64,000 nucleotides of DNA from Octopus sinensis (GCF_006345805.1 NC_043013.1:1798001-1862000); one strand, 5' to 3'; positions 25,339-39,419 are shown, counted from the first letter of the stretch. Notes: generated by a model not told the origin, from the sequence alone. Translations and numbers: made by a program.

Positions 25339-25551
25339 AACAATTTTGTAATTTTTGTATTTTTATTTTTTCTCTATTTTTCTGTATTTTTTTCTGGAAT
25401 TTTAATCCGTCGTTTTAATATGTCCTTTTATGTTTTATTATCCCAAATTTTTAATTTACCAATTGTTAAATGTTTTATGATTTTAAGCGTAAATTCACTG
25501 TTTTGTATGTAACACTGATTCTTATATATTTATATATATTATATGATGTTT

Positions 25552-25586
<35 letters not shown>

Positions 25587-25743
25587 TATTATTATTATTA
25601 TTATGTTTTTAAACTTCGGACTTTATATCTGTTCTGTAGATATAAATGAATATATGAATATATTTATGTATTTGATCTTTGTGTGTGGTTTTTAGTAATG
25701 TTCTTTTAGTTACTGCTCGCATTGCCTCCGCTCAGACTAAAAA

Positions 25744-25774
<31 letters not shown>

Positions 25775-25784
25775 CGTATATATG

Positions 25785-25843
<59 letters not shown>

Positions 25844-26149
25844 GTACGTATGTATGCATGTATGTATGTGTGCATGCATGTATGTATGTATGTGTATCTG
25901 TGTGTATGTGTGTGTGTGTGTATGTATGTATGAATGTATGTATGTATGTATGTGTGTGTGTATGCATGCGTGTGCGTGTGTATGTGTGCGTGTGTGTGTG
26001 TGATTTTGCAGATAAATTCGCATTTCAAAGGAAATCTTGTCTCAAGGATGAAAGATGCATGAGGGATGGGTTGAGGAAAACATTGAGAGACGATTTATGT
26101 CGGAAGCAAAATTGTGAAAATACCATTACATAATACCAACATATGTCGT

Positions 26150-26344
26150 TTTCGTCTTTCAGCTATTAGTCTGCGGCCATGATGGAGCACCGCCTGGAAG
26201 CAGTTTTAGTGGAATTCGTCCTATTATTTAGGGTTTTTTTCTTCTTTTTCTAAAATCCTGTTACTTATTTTATCGATCTCTTTTGCCGAACCGCACACTT
26301 ACGGGATCATAAACATACCAACACAGGTTGTCAAGCAGTGGTGG

Positions 26345-26379
<35 letters not shown>

Positions 26380-26575
26380 CACACACACATTCTTTCTTTT
26401 TTATTCTTTTATTTGTTTTAGTCATTTGACTGCGGTCACGCTGGAGCATCACCTTTAATCGAACAAATCAACCCCAGAACTTATTCTTTGTAAGCCTGGT
26501 ACTTATTCTATCAGCCTCTTTCTGCCCAACAACGATTGTCAAGCGATGGGGGGGGGGGGCAAAGATAGACATAAA
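26150..26575 (-). mobile_element. Two SINE-A 3' halves in tandem
   Basis: Family tail motif at about 26170 and 26420. Confidence 0.75.
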
Positions 26576-26590
26576 TAACAAATACATACA

Positions 26591-26634
<44 letters not shown>

Positions 26635-28059
26635 GCCCGTCGTATATACCCTGTACGCCTATTTGATTATGAAGATTTACAAACATACTTTTCCAATGAT
26701 ACTCGGTTTACCTACCATTATAAATAATATCAAATGTTCTTTCTCAAACCTTTCATAATGTGATACAGGTCTTTGGTGTAGCAATTGCACGCGGCTGAAG
26801 AAGGCTTTTGAACTATCTGTTATGTCGATTATGCATTCATGTAAGAATAAGTTGTTCTATAAAGCTCGAAACATATGTACCGCGACATCCTTTGTATCCT
26901 GTTTTTCATTTTATTTTTATTTTATTTCATTTGATACATATATCCTCTACTAGCTGGCATTTACAGGTGCTTACATTTATCAAGTATTCACCCTGAATTT
27001 ATTATTTATTATAAATCCACTCACAACTGACCGTGTCTTCAGTTGAAGGCACTTGCTCAAAGTGCTACGCAGTGGGAATGAACCCGGAACCATGTGGTTG
27101 GGAAGCAAGCTCCTTACCACACAGCCACTTCTGTGCCTATACGACGGGCGTCTTTTCAGGTTCCGTTCGTCAAATCTACCCAGGATCCCCCTGTCGGCCG
27201 AAGGCTATAGTAAAGGTCACTTGACTAAGGTCCAACGCCTGCGGCTGCAAATTGGATATTGTATTTATATAAACGTAGATACTGCGGCCAGCACAAACAC
27301 AAACAGGTCGACTTTGCCTTTAATCAACTCGGTGTCAATAAAATAAATACTAGTTGAGTACGGGGGTCGATGTAATCGACTTAACTCCTCCCCCAACCCC
27401 GGGATTGCTGGTGTTGTGCCAAAATTTGAAATCAATATTTAAGAGAAGGGTGATAGGATAAACCTACCTGAAACAGTGTCTTTAATCAGTTTTGTGTTAT
27501 ACTTTTCATTATCATCCAGTTGGTTTTAAAAGAGTATCAAACTTAGCGGTTTGACAAAAGAGGTTGATAGAACACGTATCAAGTTTTAATAATATGTACT
27601 GGCGAAGGAGGCTGAAGCGATTCGTTCGACTGAAACTCTTCAAAGCGATACCCCCAGCGTGGCCGCAGTCCAATGACTGACGCATAAGATTAACATCACG
27701 ACGTTTCCTTTTATATAGAAAAAACATCGTCGGACTTCGACTGTCAATAGAGAGATATGACGTCGTCAGTGCAAGGGAGGTAACTCTCGATGATTCAATT
27801 CTCGCGAAGGAGATGCAGAGATCGAAAGATCAGCGAATCTCTGCCGTGACCGACCTTAAAAGGTCATCAGCAAATACCAATGTCGGCGCATTTCGATCGA
27901 TGTGGGTGAGGTGTGTTCGATTCATATTTATTGAATCTTTCAACGCGTTTCAACAGTCTGCTATTTCTGTTTTGCCTTTGATACGGTGTCATTGTTTGTA
28001 TGCGTGTGTGTATAATAGATATGCACGTGTGTGTGTGTGTGAGTTTGTTCTGAATATTT

Positions 28060-28104
<45 letters not shown>

Positions 28105-28105
<1 letters not shown>

Positions 28106-28575
28106 TTTTATTCTTTTACTTGTTTCAGTCATTTCACAGCGGCCATGCTGGAGCACCGCCTTTTTTAGTCGTACAAATCAGCCCCAGGACTTACTCTTTA
28201 TAAGCGTAGTACTTATTCTATCGGTCTCTTTTGCCGAACCGCTAACATGGGTTGTCAAGCGATGGTAGGGGGACAAACACAGACACACACACACACACAC
28301 ACACACACACAAGCATAAATGCTCGCGCGCACGCGCACACTCATACATATACATGCATAAATACGCACACACACACACACTCACGTGTTTGCTCACCACC
28401 ACCGCTTGACAACCAGTGTTGGTAAGCTTATGTGTTTGTAACTTGGCGGTTCAGCAAAACAGCCCAATAAAAATAAGTGCCAAGCTTAAACAAATAAAAG
28501 TCCTGGGATCAATTCATTCGACTAAAATTCTTCTACACGGTGCCCCAGCATGGCCGCAGTCTAATGACTGAAGCA
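28105..28575. mobile_element. Inverted pair of SINE-A 3' halves (28105-28290 -, 28395-28575 +)
   Basis: Family tail on both strands. Confidence 0.8.
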
Positions 28576-30965
28576 AAACATTATATAAATACATACTTAT
28601 ATATACAGACACACACACACACACACACACATGCATATATATGAATAATTACTGTGAAGCATTGTGTAGTATATATTGCATAAAAGATCGTGTGTAAGGC
28701 CAAAACAATGCGAAGTAAATGCAAGGTAAATCACAAGAAAACAAATATGTGAATTAATGTAGACTTGCCTTGTATTCGATATTTCGGGGTTATGACCCCA
28801 TTTTCAAGAAATTCACGAATGTTGCCGATGTGCGTATGTGTGAGCGTTGTTACCTAACACTCCGCTGAATCCCTAGCACGAAACCGATTTGTAGTAAATA
28901 TATAAAACTGTACACGTCGTATTATACATACATACATACATACATACATACATACGTATATATTTATATATAACATTTCTCCGGTTTTTTTTGTCCTTGT
29001 TTTCGTATACATTCGCTTGCTTTCTTCCAAAGAATCTAGTGTTGTTAGCTTAGATTTTTTTTTTGGGGGGGGGGGCCAGATTGGAGCAGTCTCGAATGTA
29101 TCCGGCCGACACTGCAGGGATGATCCGGAACTCGACCAACAATAGAAGGATCTGAATGACTCGTCCTTGTTTTTTTTCTATCCTTGTTTGTATCGTCTAA
29201 TTGTCCGAATGTTTTGTTGTCGCATGTTACGTTCTTGTACCATTTTTAAATATATATCCATATAGCGGCATACGTACACTTTTGGTCTCTTATATGCATG
29301 TATATATATATATATATATATATATATTGGCTGCCCCCCCCCCCGTTATCGAGTATGGCCATTGCACGAAGCTTAATCAATGTTGTTATCGTGCAATGTC
29401 TGTACAAAAAGATTTTTTTAAAGTGAGGAAAGGCTGTGCACTGAGTCAATCCCACTCACTAAGCAACAGCAGCCATAATCCGAAAAGAAGAACAAGTCAA
29501 CACCATCGGTAACCACTGAGCCGCAGGTTTTATGTCGGAGTTATCCCAGTTACCTGAGTTACCTTCTCCTAGAAGGATGCCTTAACAAAGGCTAGGAGGC
29601 CTTCACTCCCAATGGTTTAACCTCATGATCGGGTATTCAGTCCGATTATTTTTATGTCCCCGCACATGATACAGCCTTAAGACATTTTATTGGATGGCCG
29701 TTGACTCTCAAGAGTTCCTCCGCCCTTTGACGAGTTTTGTTTTTCATCCCGCAGGGTGTCCAATAAACACCCTCCTCACCAAGCAAGCTTGGTGGGGTTG
29801 CCGGTTTAGTCGCCGACGACCCGACCATGCAACAGGTTGTACTGGGTTACATGTTACCAGTAGCACACACCAACAAATAGACACACACACAATTATGTAG
29901 AAAGAATAAATATGATCCAAGTCCTTCTAAAGTTCTGTGCAATGATTGCGTTACGGTGCTATTGGTGTCATGTGGTCCACCCTGATTCGTCGTCGATGAA
30001 CCCCGCAACTGTTTCCATTGTAATAGTCACATATAACAAACAGACGTTATGTGTTCTTTATTCTGCTCAGAAAACGATTTCAATTCTATTGTTTGTACGC
30101 TATCAGAACATGTTTTATTGTAATGAAACAAAAAAATATAATTTCGTTCTAGAATCGTGTATTAACAGAATCGTCAGAAGGTCGGGGAAGTTCCTAATAT
30201 TATTCATTTCGGTTCTTTGCGTTCTCAGTTCAATTCTCACTGAGGTCTACTTTGCTTTTCATCTCTCTGGAGTCAATACAATAAAGTACCAGTCAAGTAC
30301 TGGAGTCGACTAATTCACTCCCTCACCTCAAGACTGCCAGCTGTGTACCTAATAATAACTGTCAGAAGCAGTTGTTATGATGATTCATCGTAAAAGTGTT
30401 GGTATATCGAACATCTGTAATAGTTTTTCGTGAATCGACTTTTGTAACTATTGTCACTTGTGGATTGGTATTCGTTGGAAACTATTACGGAAGAATAATC
30501 TGATTACACGGTGATGGACTCAAGGAATATCTGTTGCTTTCTTTTATATTCATTGTTTGTAAAGAGTATTCTTTCTTGTAAAGAAATTGTCTGAAAAATA
30601 CGATTCTGAAGTGTGATACACACCTCTGACTTCTTTCTACAGATTGAAACAGAGTATGCTGATGTTACTGTTGAGATGAAAACGTCAACGAAAGAAAATA
30701 TCTTCATTTTACCTTTCCCGTCTAGATTACGCTAGCAGAATTGACAAAAACTGTAGGAAAACGGTTCTTAGTTTCCTTATTCCTCAGTGAGAATTTAAAT
30801 CCTATCCATTCAGTAAGTACGAAACAAAGTACAAACAATACATTGCGATATATGTATATATATAGTTAATCCAAACATGAAAGCACAAAAAAAAAACACA
30901 ACAACGCGAGGACATGGAATTAATATAGTATTATTGGATGCTCAGGAAAGAAGGAAAGAAGGAGG

Positions 30966-31000
30966 GTTTAACGTTTCGAGCGGAGCTCTTCGTCAGAAAC
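30966..31000 (-). ncRNA. Intact minimal hammerhead in a Penelope-like terminus (30865-31075)
   Basis: GUUU-CUGACGA-A-GAGC(UCC)GCUC-GAAAC-GUU^AAAC. Confidence 0.8.
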
Positions 31001-31377
31001 ATAGGAGAAGGAAAGATCCAGTGAAGGGAAGACAGAGGAAAAAAAATCGCCAACGATACACACGCGGTCACATTTCGTGTGTATGTGTGTGTGTGTGTGT
31101 TTGTCTTGAGAAAAAAGTCATCAGAATTTTGGAAAAAAAAATCTTTTTATTTTTTCATTATTATTAGCGCTTTCGTTCGTTTCTTGAACTTGACAAATAA
31201 AATTTTGTGAATGTACAAACAGGTCGTTCATTTATGTAAAGCAGATGATTTTTTGGGTGGGGAGGGGTTGTTTAGAAGAAGAAAACATTGTTTTTGTTTT
31301 TTGGGGTGAAGTTCCATGACAATGGAAATAGACAGGTAGAGAGAGGGAGAGGGAGAAGGGGGATCCCCCTTCCCGTT

Positions 31378-31426
<49 letters not shown>

Positions 31427-32254
31427 CTATAGATCATTTTCGAACTGACTGTAATTAAATATTTTTGCTATCTTCTTTCTAATTCGAGGGGAGTGTGATG
31501 TCGATTACATATCATTACAAATGATACTGATATTAACGACCCCGAAAAGATAAAATGCGAATCGACCGTGGCGACATTCGAAATCAGAACATAAATAGCC
31601 GGAAGAAATATTGCTTAGTGTTTTGTCCGGCACAATCAAGAATCTTCCAGCTCGCTGCCTTGGCTCTGTAAGCAAAGGTTCAAAGCCTCAATTTCAGAGA
31701 AATGGATCAGTCGATTAATGCTCATCTGGTTTGTATTTCATCGAAATAAGTCGATCTTGGCAGCATTTGAACTCAGAAATGTAATAACTAAATATAGAAT
31801 CAACATTTCTTCTTGTTTCACCTCCAATCTGTAGATGACATCGAGCTTCTATTCCTGGATCTCAGTTTCGCTAAAATACTTATATGAAAGACATAAGTCC
31901 TTGAGTTTGCTCCCTGTTTCTTTTCGTTAATTTTTTTTCAAGAGTCGATCCCTTCTCTGGCCTATAAGACCAGACGTTATAGAAGCAAGCACTAACATGT
32001 TAAGGAAGCATTCATTTCCTAACGAGTTCAACTTACTTTTATTCTGATAAGAAAAGCAATTGCGGATATGAAAGATAAAAATACGTTCAGCGAGGAAGTA
32101 GCCGTCTTTTTCTAAGTATTTGTCATTTTAACTACATTCAAATTTACGAAACTATAATTCATTCAAACGCACGAAATTAGTTTTCCTAAATTAATAAATA
32201 CAAAGAAACAAGGAAAAATTCCTTCCAAAATCTACGTTTTTAATTATAACAAAC

Positions 32255-32410
32255 CTGATCTGAATCGGCCACCTTGGTGATGCCCTCCGTTACCAATCGG
32301 TAGCTGGGTGCTGGTAGGATCTGCTCCATCATTTACATCTCTGTAATAATCTGGATATTCAAGCTCATCTCCATAATTCACGAACAGTTTTTCCGGTTTT
32401 CTTGCATACA
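32255..32410 (-). CDS. Exon 2 of CBM14 protein: Tyr/Asp-rich and Gly/His linker
   Basis: Acceptor TTTTGCTTCTTTTCACAG|, donor TCAG|GTTTGT, 156 nt, phase 1/1, open: YARKPEKLFVNYGDELEYPDYYRDVNDGADPTSTQLPIGNGGHHQGGRFRS. Confidence 0.85.
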
Positions 32411-32474
32411 CTGTGAAAAGAAGCAAAACATTTCTGGCTTTATTTTCAACAACATAGGAAGATAAAATAATATA

Positions 32475-32915
32475 GAGGCGCAAACATGACGGTGCGGTTC
32501 CGGGTTCAGACCCACCACACGTGACCCACCACACGTGACGCCTGTGCAAGTCTCTTTTACTATAGCCTCCGGCCGAATAATAGCTTGTGTATGAATTTGG
32601 CTGGTAGAAACTGTATGGAAGCCCGTCATGTTTCTTTTATCTTTTATACTTGCTTCAGTCATTGGATTGCGACCATACTAGAGAATTACCTTGGAGGAGG
32701 ATGGCTTCAGTCGAACGAATCGACACAAGAATTTACTTTTTTTTTAAGAACCGCTAAGTTATGGGGACATAAATAAACCAACACCAGGGGCCACATACAA
32801 ACAGTGACGGGGACCAAACACAAAGAAACACACACAGATAATGGGTCTCTTTTAGTTTCCATCTACGAAATCCACTTCCAAAGCGTTGTTCGGCCCAGGC
32901 TCATAGTAGAAGAAA
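32475..32915. mobile_element. SINE-A head (+, 32475-32625) and diverged copy (-, 32640-32915)
   Basis: Family match. Confidence 0.7.
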
Positions 32916-33149
32916 CTAAGCAGTGATATTTTGAATGCATTTAATACGTACATTTCAGACGATTGCATAATACATAAGAACGGAATTTCATCTCTTACGA
33001 TGCAAAATCCCCCTCAGTTAAGACATATCAAAATAACTCCATCAACACGGACATTATCACAAGAAGTTGTTGTAGTTTGTTCTTTTCTTCGACTTGTGTT
33101 GGAAATTCTCGTAACGTACGTCACTTCTAAGCTTGCTCGAAATACGAAG

Positions 33150-33310
33150 TAGAAAAACAACCGACAACTGATGAAGGGTCGTTTTTTTATGTTGCTTGTC
33201 TTGTTTTCCATTTGTTTCTTTCGTTGTTAGCAAAAATAAAAGCTCGTATTCCATGTTTTCGTATTTCGTATTTCATGTTGTTTACGTTCTGTGGTGTCCT
33301 GTGCCCCCCC
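33150..33310 (+). repeat. Dispersed repeat family H (copies at 56357-56512 + and, diverged, 11327-11510 -)
   Basis: Shared GAAAAACA.CCGAC.ACTGA.GAAGGGTCG..CCATGTTTTCGTATTTCGTATTTCATGTTGTTTACGTTCTGTG. Confidence 0.65.
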
Positions 33311-33311
33311 C

Positions 33312-33433
<122 letters not shown>

Positions 33434-34778
33434 TTTGTAGAAAACAAATCTGAAACAAGAAGCACACTCTAATGTGTAGAGCAGTATATATTAAAAATGG
33501 GGAAGGCTGGTTTATGAGCTTACCTTAATTTTCCCGTCCATAAAGGGTTTAGCTTTATGGTGTATCAGCATAAAGCTAAACATTTTATGAACGGCAAACC
33601 TAAAGTAATCCCATAAACCGGCTTTCCCCATTTTTAATATATATTTTGTGTTAAGCGTAGAAGTTTAGGTTCTTTACGTTCTGAGTTCAATTTCCGCCGA
33701 GGTCGACTTTGCCTTTCGTCCTTGGGAATCGATAAAATAAGTACCAAAATTACTGGCCTTGTGCTAAAATTTGAAACCGTTATTATAAGAGACGTGAAAG
33801 TTGGGACTTAATTTGATTGTAAGATCGTATAAGGATTGAAAGGGAATCGGCATCCGATATATTTCTCGCGATTATTAAATGTCTAGTAAATATTTTGTTA
33901 AAATTCCGGCGACGAAGATTAACTCTGGATTTCACCCCTGTATATTTCGTGAATTTAGAGGGTTCAGATTTGCAATACTATCCCTTTATTTCCCATTGTA
34001 GATGGGCAGATTTGCTATCTTACTATAATGGGCGTCTGTCTGTTTCTACGTCTGTTCCCTCTTCACGGTCAGATGGCTGGACCAATGGCTACGAAATTTT
34101 TCAGTATTACAAAGATGGTCGTCAGGAAGGTTTTTAGCATTAAAAAACAATTAGAAAGTATAATTATTTCGTGAATATCTATTTTTGAATTGATAAACCA
34201 CCTTTGCATTTTTATTAAAAATTCACCGACCACAAGTAACTACGGGGTTTCATTGTATAGTTCGTGACCCCTTCGTAGATACAAAGGGGGTTAATAGCGA
34301 AAATGAAATGGAAAAAGTGTATGTCAGTAAATAGTGTTTGTGATTATTTAGTGGTTATTGAAGTACGTCAGTCTCGAGCGGGATTCGAAACGATTAATCG
34401 AAGCGGATGTTGTTTACATCTCAGTTTTGTCAATCAAAATAACCCATGGTACCAGAACATCCAGACATTATTTGCATAAAACAGTCTTAGTTTGATTTTT
34501 TGCAACCCTAAAGATTCCGCTCGCGCATTCACGGCAAACAAAACACGGAAACAGACTTCAGATCGCGTAGGTGTATTTTTACACACTCCGATATTTACAC
34601 ACAGCCAGTTATACGTCGCTACGTGTAAAGCAACGGACTCCCGTAATAATGTCGACCAAACAGAAAATATTGTCTACAAAGAAGTTTTGTAATCATATTG
34701 ATATTATCGGAAGGAATATGATTTATAATTTAGATAAGGAAATTTGTGAACTTTGAATGTCTTAGAGAATAAACAAAC

Positions 34779-35191
34779 GGATCTTTTCGGTTTGAACGGC
34801 AGCTTTTAACATAATTTCTAGGTAACTAAAAAATTTTAAACTTCGTATACTGGTAGAATGTGTTTATAAAACATCTTTTTCTCTTGGCTTTATTGAGAAA
34901 ATTCTGTAGTTTGTAAGATATTTGTTGTTTTTTTTCTTCAATTTCTGCAATTTCAACCAATCAAATACGTCTATTGAGGTAAAAAAAACATTCTGTGCCT
35001 CGTTTAAGAAACAGATTGGGTTTATTTACATTTGTGAAGAAAAAAAGATACCCTTCCCCCACCCCTAACCCTAACCCACTCTGACCCTAAAACAGATTGA
35101 AATGCAATAGATCGATACTAGGGTCATAATTATGGGTGACAATTTCATATGACACCGCTAGAAAAAACTGCCGTTCAATTCGAAAAGATCC
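34779..35191. mobile_element. MITE (about 413 bp) in intron 1 of CBM14 gene
   Basis: About 29-bp TIRs GGATCTTTTCG(GT/AA)TTGAACGGCAG(C/T)TTTT; no ORF; TSD unclear. Confidence 0.7.
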
Positions 35192-35289
35192 TAAACAACT
35201 AAAATAATAGTATATCTAAATAACATTTTGTTTTTCGTAACAGCAACAACAACAACATTAACAAATAATCTGGCTGCATTCATACATAC

Positions 35290-35329
35290 CTAATTCGACA
35301 ACGACGAAGAGAATGAAGACTATTTTCAT
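35290..35329 (-). CDS. Exon 1 of secreted chitin-binding (CBM14) protein: signal peptide MKIVFILFVVVEL(V)
   Basis: ATG at 35329, 13 codons + 1 nt, then donor G|GTATGT. Phase 1 matches exon 2 and gives MKIVFILFVVVELVYA-RK, a signal peptide with an A-X-A-like (VYA) cleavage site. Confidence 0.85.
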
Positions 35330-35383
35330 GTTGGTTATTTTTCGAATCTTCGCACAACCTGCTTGTTGCAATCTTTCCTAAAG

Positions 35384-35422
35384 AAGTGAATCGGCAGAGC
35401 GATGCCAAATGTAGTATTTATA
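35384..35422 (-). promoter_or_regulatory. Putative core promoter of CBM14 gene (TATA + Inr)
   Basis: TATAAATA at 35422-35415 and Inr-like TCACTTC with A at 35387. Spacing of about 35 nt is slightly long. The Inr is 58 nt upstream of the ATG. Confidence 0.55.
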
Positions 35423-35504
<82 letters not shown>

Positions 35505-35889
35505 GTGTGTGTGTGTGTGTGTGGCCGGCCAAAAGCACCACGTATACAAGAATTAATAAGGTTGACTCAGGGATTAGAGCTTGCAAACCCGATTTTGTTT
35601 GTTTTGTAGGAAGTAGGAGTTAGCTCGTCCCCTTCTTTCGACAAAACAGTCCGACTAATTAACTTGAGGAGAAAGTAAAGGAAAAAAAAGAAAGAGAGAG
35701 TAAAGAATAGTTACTATTAACATTATGGTGACGGCAATGGCACTGAGGGTGGAGCAGGGGTGGTGGTGGTGGTGGTGAAAACGACAAAATTTAAGATGAT
35801 GACGATGATAATGACGATGGTGACTGATGGTAGGGGACGATTATGAAAAAAAATTCTTTCAAATTTTGGCACAAGGCCATCAATTTTTT

Positions 35890-36510
35890 TTGGGGTGGTG
35901 GTGGTGGTGGGGGAGAATTGTCGATTACTTTGATCCCAGTACATCACTGGTACTTTATTTTATTGACCTCCGGCAAGATGAAAGACAAAGTTGGCCTCGA
36001 CGGAATTCGAACTCAGAGGGTAAAGAACCGGAAGAAATGCCGCAAAGCATTTTGCCCGGTAAGCTAACGATTCTACCAGAACATAGCCTTAGTAACCCTT
36101 ACTGCTTTAGGCACAATGCCTTGAATTGAGGGGAGGGGCTGAGTCACTTGTATCGATCTCAGTGCGCAAAGGGTACTTATTTTATCGCACCCGAAAACAT
36201 AAAAGCCAAAAATCGCCCTCGGCAACATTGAACTCAGAGGCGAAGAAATGCCGCTAAGAATTTTGTCCGACATGCTAACAATTCTGCCAGCTCGTCGCTT
36301 TAATAATAATGATAATAATAATCCTTTCTACTATAGACACAAAGCCTGAAAGTTTGGGGTGCCTAGTACGCAACTGGTACTTAATTTATCGACCCCGAAA
36401 GGATGAAAGGCAAAGTCGACCTCGGCGGTATTTGAACTCAAAACTTGAAGACAGACGAAACACCGCTAAGCATTTTTCCCGGCGTGCTAACGATTCTGCC
36501 AACTCGCCGC
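35890..36510 (-). mobile_element. Head-to-tail SINE-C cluster (3 copies)
   Basis: Three cores separated by (AAT)n. Confidence 0.85.
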
Positions 36511-36554
36511 TTTAATAATAATAATAATCATAATAATAATAATAATAATAATAA

Positions 36555-36585
<31 letters not shown>

Positions 36586-36596
36586 AAGAAGAAGAA

Positions 36597-36918
36597 ATGA
36601 AGGAGAAACTTTCAAAATACAAAGACCTGGAAATAGAGGTAACCAGAATGTGGAATCTAAAAACAGAAACAATTCCTATCATAGTAGGTGCATTAGGCAT
36701 GATAAAAAAATATTCAGACAAATACATAACAAAAACACCAGGACTTACAAACACATATAACATACAGAAAATTGCACTACTAGGCACTGCACACATCCTA
36801 CGCAGAACACTTTCCATACAATAACCATCAGAGCATCACAACAAATCACAGCACATACCCAAGGCACACAGAGCTGCGCTCGGTAGTGAAGTGAAAGCAC
36901 GCTATAAAAATAAAACTA

Positions 36919-36925
<7 letters not shown>
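36597..36925 (+). mobile_element. R4/Dong-clade (RLE) non-LTR 3' end within (AAT)n
   Basis: EKLSKYKDL..W..IPIIVGALG..IQKIALLGTAHILRRTL is the typical RLE C-terminus; (AAT)n on both flanks. Confidence 0.75.
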
Positions 36926-36978
<53 letters not shown>

Positions 36979-36999
36979 TGTTGTTGTTGTTGTTTCAAA

Positions 37000-38225
37000 T
37001 TTTGCCACAAGGCCAGCAAGTTCGGTGAAGCAAGTTACGTCGACCACAGTACTTAATAATAAGTGTTTATTGGTTGGAAGCTCAGTACACAGAGCAAAAG
37101 AACGAACGAAAACAAAGGAGCGTCGGGGGAAGGGAGCGACATTCACCCATCTTTTAACAAATTTACTGGGAGACAATGCTTCCGAAAAAACGGTTTGTGA
37201 GAACTTGGCCGAAAAAGAGAATGCCTGTTTTCAGCTCTTTCAGTCATGTCCACCACATAATCTCTTTCGCCATAGCCACCAGGAAGGCAGCGGAACAATC
37301 TTCGCGAAAGAATCGACCGATTGCTGGATCCATCCAACACGCGGCACCAAGTCTTCGCCATAATTCCATAATTGACCAATGCTCGAGCGCTGTGTATGTG
37401 TGTGAGTGCAGAACGGTTTCATTATTCTGTGCTCATCTCGGTCAGGATTTGTCGACGGTACTAGCATACCGATAGAGTTTATCTTGAACGGGCAATGTGA
37501 TCCGGTATCACTGCTAATCCAAGGATTTCTAAAGTTGTCCATGGGCCCTGGCCAAAGAGCTCTTAGAAAATGACCATCCAGTTGATTCTCCGAGAACATC
37601 ATCGTTCTTACCTAACATTAATTCTCAGTAGAATGCCATAGTGCAACATTCATCGACCGCATTACCCGACTTGCAGAGGACCGTAGCGCCTGACGGTACT
37701 AGAGGTACTTAGTGCCCTGCTACGCTTAATCCAGGACTAAAAGAAACTAGCTGCGGGAAAGACTGGTGCGCCAAACGAACGGCGACCACACATGCTGACC
37801 GTTGCGTAATCGCTGAAGATGCCGTAGTCTCAGAACACGTCCATGCATCTCACTGTACGCCCAGTCTTCAATACAGCGGATATTGAAATGGACGGTCTGA
37901 GCAACAGAACGCGTCCTCTCCATAGAAAGCGTTAGCGCAAGTGCTCTCTTCTGATAGCTATGAAGGCACGCCAGTCAGACTGTAGTAGCTGTCGGATGCA
38001 ATTCCTCACCTGCTCTTGATTCTTCAGGGTTATTCTTCTCTCAGTTTATTTGAGGATGAAAGTAACCATCCTGCTCCTCAGCTCTTGTACGCCTGGACAC
38101 CTCAGCCAAATCAATACCTAAACAATTTAACTCGTCCGTCAGTCCAATGACCCACATTGCAGTGATCCAGCTTCCGAAGACGGGCCCGAAACCAGCTGCC
38201 AAGTATTCATAATCGACGCTATCAA
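37000..38225 (-). mobile_element. Degraded Tx1-clade LINE (related family)
   Basis: LPVQDKLYRY..NETVLH..FVKRWVNVA in shifting frames, similar to 6800-7340. Confidence 0.7.
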
Positions 38226-38689
38226 AATCTTTAATTTATAAGTTTAAATTATTTAAATAATTTTTAAAATTTTAACTTTAATTTAAATATTTTAATTTGG
38301 AATTTTATATTTTATATTTTTTATATTTTATATTTTATATTTTTTTAATTAATTTTTTTTCTATGTATTGGCTTATGATTTTCACTGTTTGATTTGCCTA
38401 ATAGTGGTTTTATCTCTAATTTAATATAATATATATATATATGGGGGCCTATGGAGTTTTTCAGCACAAGGGTTTCACTCTTGAACCTTCGCACCTTGCT
38501 TTGGTGACATCTTCTGTATCTGCCCATATTTCTTTCAGAATTCGCTCCACCTGGGCACGTGGTACTGCTTCTGGGTGTCGGGTTTTAGCCGATGCACACC
38601 GATACATCACCTTCTTGCTACCGAAACCTCGGCTGGGATGGCGATTTCTGCAGTCTACCAGTTCCCCATCACGGTTTGTTTTGCCTGCG

Positions 38690-38733
<44 letters not shown>

Positions 38734-39365
38734 TGTGTGTGTGTGCTGTTCAGACAAAACGCGAAGTACAAAACTGATTTTGCCGCGTCCCGGCAAATGA
38801 TTGTTGTTGTTATTGCTGCTGCTGCTGCTCTTGTATTTTAATGTTGCTACTGTTGTTGTCGCTACTATCGCTGCTGTCACTAGTTTTTATTGTTGTTATT
38901 GCTATTGCTTTTGTTCCTGTCGCTTTTGTTGTTGCTGCTAGTTATGTTAAAAACCTTATGCTATCCGTTGTTGCTGTAGTGGTAGTAGCAGCAGCAGCAG
39001 CAGTAGTAGTAGTAGTTGTTGTTGTAGCTGTTGTTGTTGTTGTTGTTGTACTCGAACACGCTTGTAGTAGTATGAGGAAATTTTCCCACCACCACCTCCT
39101 CCTCCTCCTCCTTGAATATGTTCGTGGTTGCTGTCGTCGCCATATTTCCAAACAAGAATAAAAACAGACAAAAACAAATAAATATTACAAAAATCGTGCA
39201 CTTTAGGGCACCATTTGGGAGTCCCTCTAATCGTCCAGTGAAGTAAGGGTTCTTATTTAAAGTTTCACCAAAATATTTTAAACTGAAACAGATTTTTTTT
39301 TCAACCAAACTTAAACCTTCCGAAAGCGATCCAACCTAAGTCAAACACAAATAATAATAATAATA

Positions 39366-39419
<54 letters not shown>

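Noticed and set aside
29912-30313. 133-aa plus ORF
   Set aside because: Ends in a SINE-C, with no motifs or splice signals.
30643-30734. Plus-strand acceptor CTTTCTACAG followed by IETEYADVTVEMK..
   Set aside because: Short, no recognisable homology and no supported upstream partner.
33168-33180. CTGATGAAGGG hammerhead-like core (also about 56372 and 11465)
   Set aside because: No downstream GAAA or stems that close the fold.
35064-35076. Telomere-like CCTAAC repeats
   Set aside because: Only two units, internal to a MITE.
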